From a virus, in IMG/VR virus record IMGVR_UViG_3300029171_000001: DNA of 64,000 bases. The stretch is one strand, 5' to 3'. Shown in pieces: positions 26,961-35,075 of this stretch; the first letter of the stretch is position 1, and each line of letters opens with the position of its first letter. The position numbers and the translations under genes are program-made. A model generated the notes under the pieces. It was not told where the DNA came from. It made no database searches and was given only the letters and a program-made list of their open reading frames with translations.

Positions 26961-27164
26961 TTACATCTCACGATCTGTCATATCTCTCCAGTATTCCCAA
27001 TCGACAGAAACAACTTTCCCCTTTAATGATGGTCTGAAATTATCTATAAAACCAATTATTTCATCTTTTGATGGTTCTGAGTTAATATAGGGCATATTGT
27101 ATTCCTCTTTTTGCCCACCCTGAAGAGTTAGCTTGATTTTATAATATTTCCCAATCAATTTCAT
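26961..27164 (-). CDS. hypothetical protein
   Basis: 67-aa ORF. Confidence 0.6.
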   Translation of the reverse strand: MKLIGKYYKIKLTLQGGQKEEYNMPYINSEPSKDEIIGFIDNFRPSLKGKVVSVDWEYWRDMTDREM

Positions 27165-27444
27165 CCCAAATGTGTTTGTTTAATTCACTTTTCGAAGGAC
27201 GCTTGTATTTATATTCCCCAGAACACATCCAACAATTACAAGGGCAACTCGTAGTTCTTAAAAAGGTATAACACTTTCCCTGTAGCGCTTCTTTGATCAC
27301 ACCCGCTCTTGATTTAATCAAGGGGTAACCAAATTCGTCTCTTTCAATATACCTGGTTGCACCAGGTTTAATCCACATTTTAAGTCTTCTCAAAAACTTA
27401 ACGTGTTGCTTCCAGCGTCTAAACGCTCTGCTACGATTTTCCAT
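27139..27444 (-). CDS. basic hypothetical protein with CxCxxC motif
   Basis: CPCNCWMC, Arg-rich N-terminus. Confidence 0.7.
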   Translation of the reverse strand: MENRSRAFRRWKQHVKFLRRLKMWIKPGATRYIERDEFGYPLIKSRAGVIKEALQGKCYTFLRTTSCPCNCWMCSGEYKYKRPSKSELNKHIWDEIDWEIL

Positions 27445-27474
27445 TTTGCTTCAATGTAGTCATAGCCAGGGTTG

Positions 27475-27531
27475 TTAAAGCTTAAAGCCCCTGGCTTGCT
27501 ACTTGAGCAAATATCGAATTGATAATTTCAT
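27475..27531 (-). CDS. putative leader MKLSIRYLLK-TAG-QARGFKL-TAA
   Basis: After TATTTATA; TAG at the base of an AGCCAGGG/CCCTGGCT hairpin. Confidence 0.45.
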
Positions 27532-27550
27532 GTGTATAAATATTGAAAAA

Positions 27551-27811
27551 TTATTGATAATTTTTGCGATAAATGCAGACATATTTTACATCATTTTTTA
27601 AATGATCAAAAAAATACTTTTCACATTGTTTAAATGTACCAATTTTCACTAATTCATCAGAAAACATCTCATAATATAAACCATATTTCCCATCTTCTCT
27701 TAAACGAATATAGGCATATCCAGAACCATTACTGTCCTTATTTTTTTTAAAACAATAACTAACCTCATTTAAGATTATACTTTCTTCAATTACAATATCT
27801 TTCTTTTTCAT
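27551..27811 (-). CDS. hypothetical protein
   Basis: 86-aa ORF abutting trpS. Confidence 0.65.
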   Translation of the reverse strand: MKKKDIVIEESIILNEVSYCFKKNKDSNGSGYAYIRLREDGKYGLYYEMFSDELVKIGTFKQCEKYFFDHLKNDVKYVCIYRKNYQ

Positions 27812-28551
27812 TAATTTTTATTACCAAACAACTCCACCATTCTACGAGCAATTGCCTCTTTAAGTTGCAAATTTAATGAAAATTCTTGAATATCCAAACC
27901 CAACTCCCTGGCAATCATCTGTATATTTTTCAAACCTTCTTCATTCATGTTTGCTTTTTTTATCTTTCCCATATAATCTTCATCAAAAAGATATAACACA
28001 TGTTTTTCACCATCTGATTTTGACATTTTCTTCGTAGGGTCAATCAACGACATTACCTTATCCACATGTCCAAACTCATATGTATAATCATCTCTACCAC
28101 CAACACGCTTACAAATATCGTTTGCAAGCTCTATATGAGCAACCTGGTCCCTGCCAACAATAATTATGTCTGGATCATTCATCATAATATCAGCTGCCAT
28201 TAAAACTGGGTATAAAAGCAAACCCATGTCGTACTCAACCTTGTCTTTTTTATCTTTATACTGAGGCATCTTTAACAGTGTAGCAATATTTACCTTGCAG
28301 CAAAGTTTGAAAAAAAGTTCTGTATACAAAGGTGTTTGGTGCACAATTTTTTTGCACCCCAAACGAATAAGCTCTTGTTCGGTTTTATCTGAATAACTAT
28401 CGGTTGTCAAAGAATGATAATTGGCAATCAAAAAAGTAACATCATGACCTTGTTCTTGTAACTCAAGACCTTTTTTAAGACAACCTAGATAGTTACCTAT
28501 GTGAAGTTTGTTAGTCGGTTGAATGCCGATTAATATTTTTTTTGTTTTCAT
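27811..28551 (-). CDS. trpS: tryptophanyl-tRNA synthetase, compact (246 aa)
   Basis: GIQPT..LHIGNY, YPVLMAADI, VG.DQ..H.EL, KKMSKS; start re-set to MKTKK because the ORF-track extension lies in a tRNA. Confidence 0.93.
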   Translation of the reverse strand: MKTKKILIGIQPTNKLHIGNYLGCLKKGLELQEQGHDVTFLIANYHSLTTDSYSDKTEQELIRLGCKKIVHQTPLYTELFFKLCCKVNIATLLKMPQYKDKKDKVEYDMGLLLYPVLMAADIMMNDPDIIIVGRDQVAHIELANDICKRVGGRDDYTYEFGHVDKVMSLIDPTKKMSKSDGEKHVLYLFDEDYMGKIKKANMNEEGLKNIQMIARELGLDIQEFSLNLQLKEAIARRMVELFGNKN

Positions 28552-28553
28552 CG

Positions 28554-28638
28554 CACGTCGAAGAGGATTCGAACCCCTGTGAGACCTAAGTCTGCTGGTT
28601 TTGGAGACCAGTGCTATCAACCACTCTGCCATCGACGT
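28554..28638 (-). tRNA. tRNA-Trp(CCA) with long variable arm
   Basis: CTGGT-CTCCAAA-ACCAG, A1:U72, G73, AGAC-TTAG-GTCT arm; ends 2 nt before the trpS ATG. Confidence 0.88.
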
Positions 28639-28716
28639 ATATAGATGTTTAAAATTACGGATTAGAATTTTTAAAGCCTCGGTCTTGTCGCCGCTTCCTT
28701 AATCTATCACATCTTG

Positions 28717-28789
28717 CACGAGAGACAGGAATCGAACCTGCAACCTTCGGTTTTGGAGACCGCCACTCTACCAGTTGAGCTACTCTCGT
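28717..28789 (-). tRNA. tRNA-Trp(CCA)
   Basis: Canonical, loop CTCCAAA, A1:U72, G73. Confidence 0.93.
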
Positions 28790-28792
28790 GTA

Positions 28793-29386
28793 TTATTTGT
28801 TTTTGCTTTTTAAATATCTTGTTTTTCTACTTGAGTTTTTGTTTTTAGACTTATATGTATCAAGTTGAGAATCACAATTAGGACAAACCAGCCTCAAATT
28901 TATTCTAAAATTATTGTAAGCGTTACCATCTATATGATCGAGAATAAAAACCAATCTAATGTTATTCCACTCGTTTTTTATACCACACACAGCGCATTTA
29001 CAATTCTGTTCTAATAAAATGTGCTTTTTAATAAAGCTCATATTCCTATCATGACAATACTCGTGTTGGTTATTTAAATATTTGGCATATATTTCTTTAG
29101 ATTGATTTTCATAATAACAATCACGACTGCAAAAAGTTTGATCTGGGTGGGTGGTTAACTTTATATTTTTATCACACTCCTTACACTTAATTATTTTAGC
29201 TGTTCCTTTATTAGCTGGAACAAAATTATCTTTAAAATTCGCTCTTTTAGGAAGAATTATACCTAATTTTTTAGCCGCTTTTTTTATAGTTTCATCAGTA
29301 ACTCCATACATTTTACCTATCTTTATATAAGATAGTTTTTTATCAAAAATTAATGTTGACAACTCTTCTTTGTTATAATTTTTCAT
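28793..29386 (-). CDS. HNH endonuclease inside tRNA array 2
   Basis: CAVCG...LDHIDGNAYNN...NLRLVCPNC. Confidence 0.9.
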   Translation of the reverse strand: MKNYNKEELSTLIFDKKLSYIKIGKMYGVTDETIKKAAKKLGIILPKRANFKDNFVPANKGTAKIIKCKECDKNIKLTTHPDQTFCSRDCYYENQSKEIYAKYLNNQHEYCHDRNMSFIKKHILLEQNCKCAVCGIKNEWNNIRLVFILDHIDGNAYNNFRINLRLVCPNCDSQLDTYKSKNKNSSRKTRYLKSKNK

Positions 29387-29483
29387 ATTCTTTTATTTAA
29401 ATATAAAGAAAAATAACTCCAATTACTAATCAATTTAAAAAATAATCTATTAGTAATTTAAATAACTATTTCAAAGAACTTTG

Positions 29484-29560
29484 TGATCGCCACGGGAGTC
29501 GAACCCGTATGTGTCCAATTACTCTTTCAACTGCTTAGAAGGCAGAGGAGTTATGCGACC
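29484..29560 (-). tRNA. rearranged tRNA-Arg(TCT)-like RNA
   Basis: GGTCGCA TA ACTC CT CTGC-CTTCTAA-GCAG TTGAAA GAGT AATTGGACACAT, then T-arm and acceptor. Confidence 0.7.
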
Positions 29561-29567
29561 TTTTTTG

Positions 29568-29644
29568 TGACCACCACGGGATTCGAACCCATATGCATCC
29601 ACTTACTCTTTCAACGGTTTAGGAAACCGAGGAGATATGCGGCC
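29568..29644 (-). tRNA. rearranged tRNA-Arg(CCT)-like RNA
   Basis: Same layout with CGGT-TTCCTAA-ACCG. Confidence 0.7.
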
Positions 29645-29647
29645 ATT

Positions 29648-29725
29648 TGTGATTGATAATTGTGGAATCGAACCACTGAGTTTTTACACTCCGACACCTT
29701 GAGCTCAAGTCAATTTACCAATCAC
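29648..29725 (-). ncRNA. degenerate tRNA-like RNA
   Basis: GTGATTG/CAATCAC ends, GTGG-TTCGATT-CCAC arm, no anticodon arm. Confidence 0.4.
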
Positions 29726-29729
29726 TTTG

Positions 29730-29801
29730 TAGTCCCACTAGGAATCGAACCTAGATAATTGGTTTAGAAAACCAAGGCTTTATCCATTAAGCTATGGGAC
29801 C
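29730..29801 (-). tRNA. tRNA-Arg(TCT)
   Basis: TTGGT-TTTCTAA-ACCAA, canonical cloverleaf. Confidence 0.92.
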
Positions 29802-29879
29802 AAATTCTAATTAGTTAAAGTGGTTTTATGATGCCAATTAGTAATGCATCCTCATAACGGATTACCACAATCCTATTCG

Positions 29880-29961
29880 TGTTGAGGGGAGGATTCGAAC
29901 CACCAGATGATCAGTACGTACTTAATCACCTTTTCCAAACGCATGCTTATTTGACCTCAAC
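29880..29961 (-). ncRNA. tRNA-like RNA (acceptor and T-arm)
   Basis: GTTGAGG/CCTCAAC+A, T-loop TTCGAAT; middle lacks an anticodon arm. Confidence 0.5.
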
Positions 29962-29965
29962 ATTG

Positions 29966-30056
29966 CAGAAGTGACGAGATTCGAACTCGTGCGCCGATTT
30001 TCACCGACCTATCAACTTTCCAGGCTGACCCCTTTCATCCACTTGGGTACACTTCT
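29966..30056 (-). tRNA. tRNA-Ser(GGA)
   Basis: TCAGC-CTGGAAA-GTTGA, long variable arm, G73. Confidence 0.93.
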
Positions 30057-30064
30057 ATATTTTG

Positions 30065-30153
30065 CGGAGGCGGTGAGGATCGAACTCACGCAGCGGATTT
30101 CTCCGCCCTAACGGTTTAGCAAACCGTCCCCTTCACCACTTGGGTACGCCTCC
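30065..30153 (-). tRNA. tRNA-Ser(GCT)
   Basis: ACGGT-TTGCTAA-ACCGT, long variable arm, G73. Confidence 0.95.
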
Positions 30154-30158
30154 AATTG

Positions 30159-30247
30159 AGGAGAGCATAGGATTCGAACCTAATGCGGGTCTTCCCCGCA
30201 CCCTTTGTTTAGCAAACAAGGACTAGCCCAAGCCAGCATTACTCTCC
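30159..30247 (-). tRNA. tRNA-Ser(GCT)
   Basis: Loop TTGCTAA, TGCGGG/CCCGCA arm, U73. Confidence 0.85.
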
Positions 30248-30327
30248 AATTTTATCTCCGCATTTTTGCGGAGATTACGATGTTTATTCACCGCACAAAA
30301 ATAAAAAACAATACGTCAAAAAACTTT

Positions 30328-30413
30328 TGGCGGAAGATATAGGAATCGAACCCTGCCCTTGCGGACCGCCCCATGCTTCAAACATGGTTGACCACCGATG
30401 GTCGCTACCTTCC
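30328..30413 (-). tRNA. tRNA-Ser(TGA), CCA encoded
   Basis: CCATG-TTTGAAG-CATGG, variable arm, GCCA end. Confidence 0.88.
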
Positions 30414-30418
30414 AGTTG

Positions 30419-30503
30419 AGGAGAGTGTGAGATTCGAACTCACGGACCCCGAAGGGCCTCCAGTTTTCAAGACTGGTGCAATAGACCACTCTGCCAACTC
30501 TCC
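30419..30503 (-). tRNA. tRNA-Ser(TGA)
   Basis: CCAGT-CTTGAAA-ACTGG, variable arm, U73. Confidence 0.93.
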
Positions 30504-30508
30504 TTATT

Positions 30509-30889
30509 TTAATTCAATTTTGCCCAAGGCTCATAACTCAAAACAAAAGCTGTTCCCCAACCATTAGAACCTTGTCCGCCCAACTCACCCTTCTCACGCA
30601 TATCTGCAAAAATTTCTTTCATACATTTTTTTACATTGAAATTATCGCAAAGTATTTGAAAATCATTGTGGCCAAATTTAAACCCATCAAACTCAATCAC
30701 AATTTCTTTTGGTTTTTCTTTTTCATCTTCAATCAAAAGATAAGTTGTTCCCTGCAAATCGTACATCTTAGAAAAAAGCTTTAAACCATTTTCTTTCATG
30801 ATAGTGATTTGTTCATCAGTGTATTCAGTTACACCTTTGCACCATTCAATCTTGTTGATCATTCCTTGTATTAATTCTTCTTTGTTCAT
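30509..30889 (-). CDS. hypothetical protein, first gene of the array-2 operon
   Basis: 126-aa ORF between terminator and tRNAs. Confidence 0.75.
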   Translation of the reverse strand: MNKEELIQGMINKIEWCKGVTEYTDEQITIMKENGLKLFSKMYDLQGTTYLLIEDEKEKPKEIVIEFDGFKFGHNDFQILCDNFNVKKCMKEIFADMREKGELGGQGSNGWGTAFVLSYEPWAKLN

Positions 30890-30910
30890 TTTTCTTAATT
30901 TACTTTAAAT

Positions 30911-30942
30911 AAAAAACCCTGGCTTTTTGTGAGCCAGGGTTT
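30911..30942 (-). terminator. intrinsic terminator of attenuator 2
   Basis: AAACCCTGGCT-CACAAAA-AGCCAGGGTTT followed by TTTATTT. Confidence 0.9.
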
Positions 30943-30980
30943 AGAGTCCGTTGAATTAAGGGTTAAATATCTTTCTTCAG

Positions 30981-31070
30981 TTATGACAATAAATGGCCTG
31001 GCTCGGTTGCTCTACTTGAGCTCGAACTCCTTCTCCAAGACCATGATCTATTGTTTGTAACTGTTTTCAT
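30981..31070 (-). CDS. leader peptide MKTVTNNRSWSWRRSSSSSRATEPGHLLS
   Basis: Hand-translated 29 aa; codons 8-20 only Arg/Ser/Trp; GAGCCAGG complementary to the terminator arm. Confidence 0.88.
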   Translation of the reverse strand: MKTVTNNRSWSWRRSSSSSRATEPGHLLS

Positions 31071-31108
31071 TTGTTATAAATATGCTAAAAATTCTTTTTT
31101 CTGAAATT

Positions 31109-31137
31109 TTATACGTACAAAGATAGAATAAGTTTCA
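31109..31137 (-). promoter_or_regulatory. promoter TGAAAC-N16-CGTATAA with TATCTTTG
   Basis: Same block as 4427-4455. Confidence 0.75.
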
Positions 31138-31204
31138 ACAAGAAACAAGTTTTTTTACAAAATTTTTTGTTTGTTGCTGATTTTTAGGTAGATAAAATTT
31201 TTAA

Positions 31205-32503
31205 TTACTCTGCCACATTTCCTAAATTTACTGTACCACTCGCTATTTCTTCGTCGATTTTTTTAATAATAAATTCAGATACCTTAGAAATTACTTCCAG
31301 GTTTTTTTGGATTTGCTCTTTATTCGCTTTCCATAATGCCAAATATGTTGCATGATGAGATACTGGTAAATCATAATGTTTTAAAACCACATATGAAACA
31401 CTCTCAGCTTGCAATTCCATAATAGCACTATTTCTTCTCACATCATCCCCTTGATAATAAATAGAAGAAGACCTGTGGTGCATTAATTCATGTGCTATCT
31501 CATGAATCATTGTCGATAATCTTCCAGCCCCAGACACTCCAGTAGAAATATTTATGTGATCTCCAGCACTATACCCTTTCTCTCCTCTTTTTGCGTCGTT
31601 TTGAGTAACATTTATATGCATATCTTTTGCAACTTCTACAACAGCTGCATATAATTTATCAGCTGTTTCTGAAGGAGTGTTTTCACCCCACCATTTTGGT
31701 TCTTCTGGAATTTCACCCCTTTCATCTATCGGCTTGGTATCAGAAATATCAAAAACATTTACCGCCTTAAATCCTCTAATTTCTTTTTCATTACCAAGAG
31801 TACTTCCATCAACTGAACTATCAACATCTTCCACGCCCTTTTGTTTGCTAATTAAAGGAGCAAGTATTGTAATACCCTTAGCACCTTTTTGAACTTGTCT
31901 GAACTTAGACTTCCAAGTATTAAAAGATGCAACACGTGTCGCATCTGGTTTTTGAATATAAATTAAAATTTTATTGAAGAAACTGTAATTATGGAACTTA
32001 GAAAAGAACGTTAAATACCTTCTTATCTCAGCAGAAAGAGCGGCTTCATCAGTTGCGTTTGCTAAATCGCTTATATATTGATCTAGTTTTGTTTTTAACA
32101 AGCTTTTATTATCTGCATCAGCAGCCATTACAGCCCCTTCAACATCTTCGAGTGAATTAATAATGTACTCCACCTTGTTTGCTGTTGAGAGTGTTTTTTT
32201 AGCCATTTCAAATTTGTCTACTGGGATGGCCCAATGATTTCCAGTCCAAATAAATCCATTTTGTTTTAAAAGCGCCTTGTTTTTAAAGGTCTCTTGATTT
32301 GCTGCTTTTCCATCAAGATCAGATACCACGATTAGCCTATTTTGTTCTTTGTCGTGTTGCAATTTTAGCGCTTCACGCATTATACCCTCATTAAGCTCTT
32401 GTGTTATGTGTTGCTTTTCTTCTTTTAAAAGTTCTATTTTGTAAAGCCTTTTGGCCTCAGAAATGATATACTTCTTTAGATCTGAAATGGTGATTTTTGC
32501 CAT
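31205..32503 (-). CDS. ArdC-like ssDNA-binding domain plus HExxH metallopeptidase domain
   Basis: FHNYSFFN.ILI..Q.P.AT.VA.F..W, HEIAHE, ELQAESVSY. Confidence 0.8.
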   Translation of the reverse strand: MAKITISDLKKYIISEAKRLYKIELLKEEKQHITQELNEGIMREALKLQHDKEQNRLIVVSDLDGKAANQETFKNKALLKQNGFIWTGNHWAIPVDKFEMAKKTLSTANKVEYIINSLEDVEGAVMAADADNKSLLKTKLDQYISDLANATDEAALSAEIRRYLTFFSKFHNYSFFNKILIYIQKPDATRVASFNTWKSKFRQVQKGAKGITILAPLISKQKGVEDVDSSVDGSTLGNEKEIRGFKAVNVFDISDTKPIDERGEIPEEPKWWGENTPSETADKLYAAVVEVAKDMHINVTQNDAKRGEKGYSAGDHINISTGVSGAGRLSTMIHEIAHELMHHRSSSIYYQGDDVRRNSAIMELQAESVSYVVLKHYDLPVSHHATYLALWKANKEQIQKNLEVISKVSEFIIKKIDEEIASGTVNLGNVAE

Positions 32504-32542
32504 ATGAAATTAACTTTCATATAAATATGACGTTTTTTTGGT

Positions 32543-32794
32543 TTACTTGGTATTAAACCATTCTTCTCTGGAAGAATTTATAACATATGATTGGTGGACC
32601 TGGAAAAACCTTTTAATACTTGCGCAGACTTCGTATTTTTCTTTACCACAGAAATACCCAAGAGCCTCTTCGATAGCAAATGTTGGTATCAACCACTCAG
32701 ACTCTGTTTTGGAAATTTTATTTTCTGCAAGCGCTGCTATTCCATAGTAAATTTTTACATCTAATTTATCATTTATTTGTCTGCTTATTTTCAT
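32543..32794 (-). CDS. hypothetical protein
   Basis: 83-aa ORF. Confidence 0.6.
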   Translation of the reverse strand: MKISRQINDKLDVKIYYGIAALAENKISKTESEWLIPTFAIEEALGYFCGKEKYEVCASIKRFFQVHQSYVINSSREEWFNTK

Positions 32795-32924
32795 AACATA
32801 TTACTCGACGTGGTCGCAAACCTTTGATATGTGTGGTATTTATTCATTGTGTTGTATATAAATAACCAAGTAATTTGTGTAATCAAGAAGAAAAAAAATT
32901 TTTAAAAATAAAGTTTGTTTCTCT

Positions 32925-33188
32925 TTATTTTATGAATTTTTCTATATATTTAAGAGGCTCTTCATAAGCAACCATTATCTTTAAATGTTCTAGAAAATGC
33001 ATGCTAGACTTGGTACCTGGGACGGCCCAAAACGCCTCAGCAAACTTTAAATCAAAGATAATAGAGTAATAATGTTTTCTATCCAATACATAACCCAATT
33101 CATAATCAATTTCTGGATCTTTATATCCGTTATTTACCGCTTGCCTTATAGCTGCTATTAAAATATCTTTTGTTTTCATGGTATTCAT
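32925..33188 (-). CDS. hypothetical protein
   Basis: 87-aa ORF. Confidence 0.7.
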   Translation of the reverse strand: MNTMKTKDILIAAIRQAVNNGYKDPEIDYELGYVLDRKHYYSIIFDLKFAEAFWAVPGTKSSMHFLEHLKIMVAYEEPLKYIEKFIK

Positions 33189-33661
33189 TACTCTATGACC
33201 AATTTAGCTTTAACTCCAATTGATTTTAATTTTTCAACTGCCTTTTCTGCTTCTTTAGTAAATTTTTTTATTTCCTTTTCTTCGTTTGCGAATGTTAAAT
33301 AATAATGATCATCATGACCACACCCTTCATAATCCCATTCATCATACAAATATTTTAAACCAAGTGGACCAACAGGATTTGATGGTTCTTGACCTATAAT
33401 ATCAGATATCATTGATAAAATGACTTTCTTTTTTTCTGAAACATATTCACCCTCTATACTAACACTGTCAAAACCCTTTAATTCTTTAATAAAAAACTTG
33501 AAGAAATTTTTATCAAATTTTTCTGTGCAATAGGCATCTTTTATTTTTTGAACATCTTCTTCATCGAAGAAATCAAAAATCATTTTTTGTAAAAGTGGTA
33601 AATTTTTTAAGTTTAATTCAACATCTTTGTTAAATGTAAAGTACATTTCTCTTGCTGGCAT
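33188..33661 (-). CDS. hypothetical protein
   Basis: 157-aa ORF. Confidence 0.7.
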   Translation of the reverse strand: MPAREMYFTFNKDVELNLKNLPLLQKMIFDFFDEEDVQKIKDAYCTEKFDKNFFKFFIKELKGFDSVSIEGEYVSEKKKVILSMISDIIGQEPSNPVGPLGLKYLYDEWDYEGCGHDDHYYLTFANEEKEIKKFTKEAEKAVEKLKSIGVKAKLVIE

Positions 33662-33812
33662 AATATTTAAGTTTTATAATACTAAATATAATAAATCCAA
33701 GATAAAAAACAAAACCCCCAATTATAAAACTGAGGGTTTTTTTAAAGACGTGGGTAGGTCTATGTAAATAGCGTCTTTTTAAGGTTATACGAAAATTTTC
33801 AACAAAGGTTGC

Positions 33813-34463
33813 TTATTCTAACAACTTATATTCATAATAATCCCCCATTAACCACTTATCGCATTGTACCTGCTCAAACTTGCCACTGTTTAATATGGGA
33901 TAAGTGTGTGCTAAATTTGCACTTCCAACTTTCTTTGGATCCTTTTTATTAACAAATTTCCATCCATCATAGTAAATCATTTTTCCAACTTCTTTTTTTC
34001 TATAGAATCTGCAACCATCTTTGTAAAGTTGTATTACGTCTTCCAGGTATTTTTTCCAGGTATCAATCTCATATTGATAATACCACTCGAAATGTTCTCT
34101 CACTGATTTTAAAAAACTCTCCTCTCTTTGATTTCTTTGTTCAGCTATAGCATAACCGCCAATTTCAAACACAAACATTTCTCTTACTTTTTTCCATAAT
34201 TCTTCTTTATCTTGTGGCTCATACCATTTTACTGCATGTAACGCATCATCCACCATATCCTCTGGTTCAATACAATAAATATCTACCTTGCTGTTTGCAA
34301 TGGTATATACCCACTTACCTTCTTCATTAATATAACTGTAAGGACCATCCCAATAACCAGCTTTCATTTCTGCAAATCGTGGAATACCACCAGATAATCT
34401 TATGTGAGAAGTTCCTTCTGGATCTTCTTTTTGAAGCATTTCTATAAATTCTTTAGTTGTCAT
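33813..34463 (-). CDS. hypothetical protein
   Basis: 216-aa ORF. Confidence 0.75.
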   Translation of the reverse strand: MTTKEFIEMLQKEDPEGTSHIRLSGGIPRFAEMKAGYWDGPYSYINEEGKWVYTIANSKVDIYCIEPEDMVDDALHAVKWYEPQDKEELWKKVREMFVFEIGGYAIAEQRNQREESFLKSVREHFEWYYQYEIDTWKKYLEDVIQLYKDGCRFYRKKEVGKMIYYDGWKFVNKKDPKKVGSANLAHTYPILNSGKFEQVQCDKWLMGDYYEYKLLE

Positions 34464-34908
34464 ACACAGACTTTTTTTGTTTAAACAATACTTTTGCTTC
34501 TTTGTACTTCAACCTTGCAGCTTCCGTCTCAGATCTAAGAGTTTTATATTTCTCTCTCAGTGCTACAATTTGTTGCTCAAGGATAGATGGTTTAATTGAT
34601 ATTTTTAAATCCTCTCCGATGAACCTTCTTTTTACAAACGAAATCAAAGATCTCATCGTTCTAATATTTTGTTTCTTTTCAAAGTAATAGATTTTCCTCG
34701 CCAGTTTTTTTCGTGAAGAAAGAGTTGATGGGTTGAGATTAAGTTTTTCAAATACCTCATCTAAATTACCATCCACAACATACTCACGTTCTTTGCAAAT
34801 TAATTTAATTTTTTCGATTGCTGATTTTAAATTCTGAGACACAGCTTGCTCAGTAAAAGTTTCCTTAATTTGTTTTAAAGAATTTATTGATTGATTTTTA
34901 GTTTCCAT
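34453..34908 (-). CDS. hypothetical protein
   Basis: 151-aa ORF. Confidence 0.7.
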   Translation of the reverse strand: METKNQSINSLKQIKETFTEQAVSQNLKSAIEKIKLICKEREYVVDGNLDEVFEKLNLNPSTLSSRKKLARKIYYFEKKQNIRTMRSLISFVKRRFIGEDLKISIKPSILEQQIVALREKYKTLRSETEAARLKYKEAKVLFKQKKSVYDN

Positions 34909-35028
34909 AATGTTTAATTTATTTTTGTTTGATTAATAATTTAATTTGTCACTGATTTTTCAGTCTAACATTACGGCGGATTTTCATTTATCTATTTCAT
35001 GACACTTTTGTTTTTAAATTAATTATTG

Positions 35029-35048
35029 AGCGCTTGCGTGGTTTCGAA
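35029..35048 (-). pseudogene. isolated tRNA 3' fragment
   Basis: TTCGAAA-CCACG-CAAGCGC-T(CA) with no 5' half. Confidence 0.45.
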
Positions 35049-35075
35049 AATTTATTTCTATTTATATTAAACTTT

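Noticed and set aside
27811-28632. 27-aa N-terminal extension of TrpRS in the ORF track
   Set aside because: It is the tRNA-Trp sequence read in frame; the conserved domain starts at the ATG at 28551
32794-32864. 18-aa uORF MNKYHTYQRFATTSSNML overlapping the next start
   Set aside because: No codon bias, terminator or hairpin; ordinary translational coupling is sufficient
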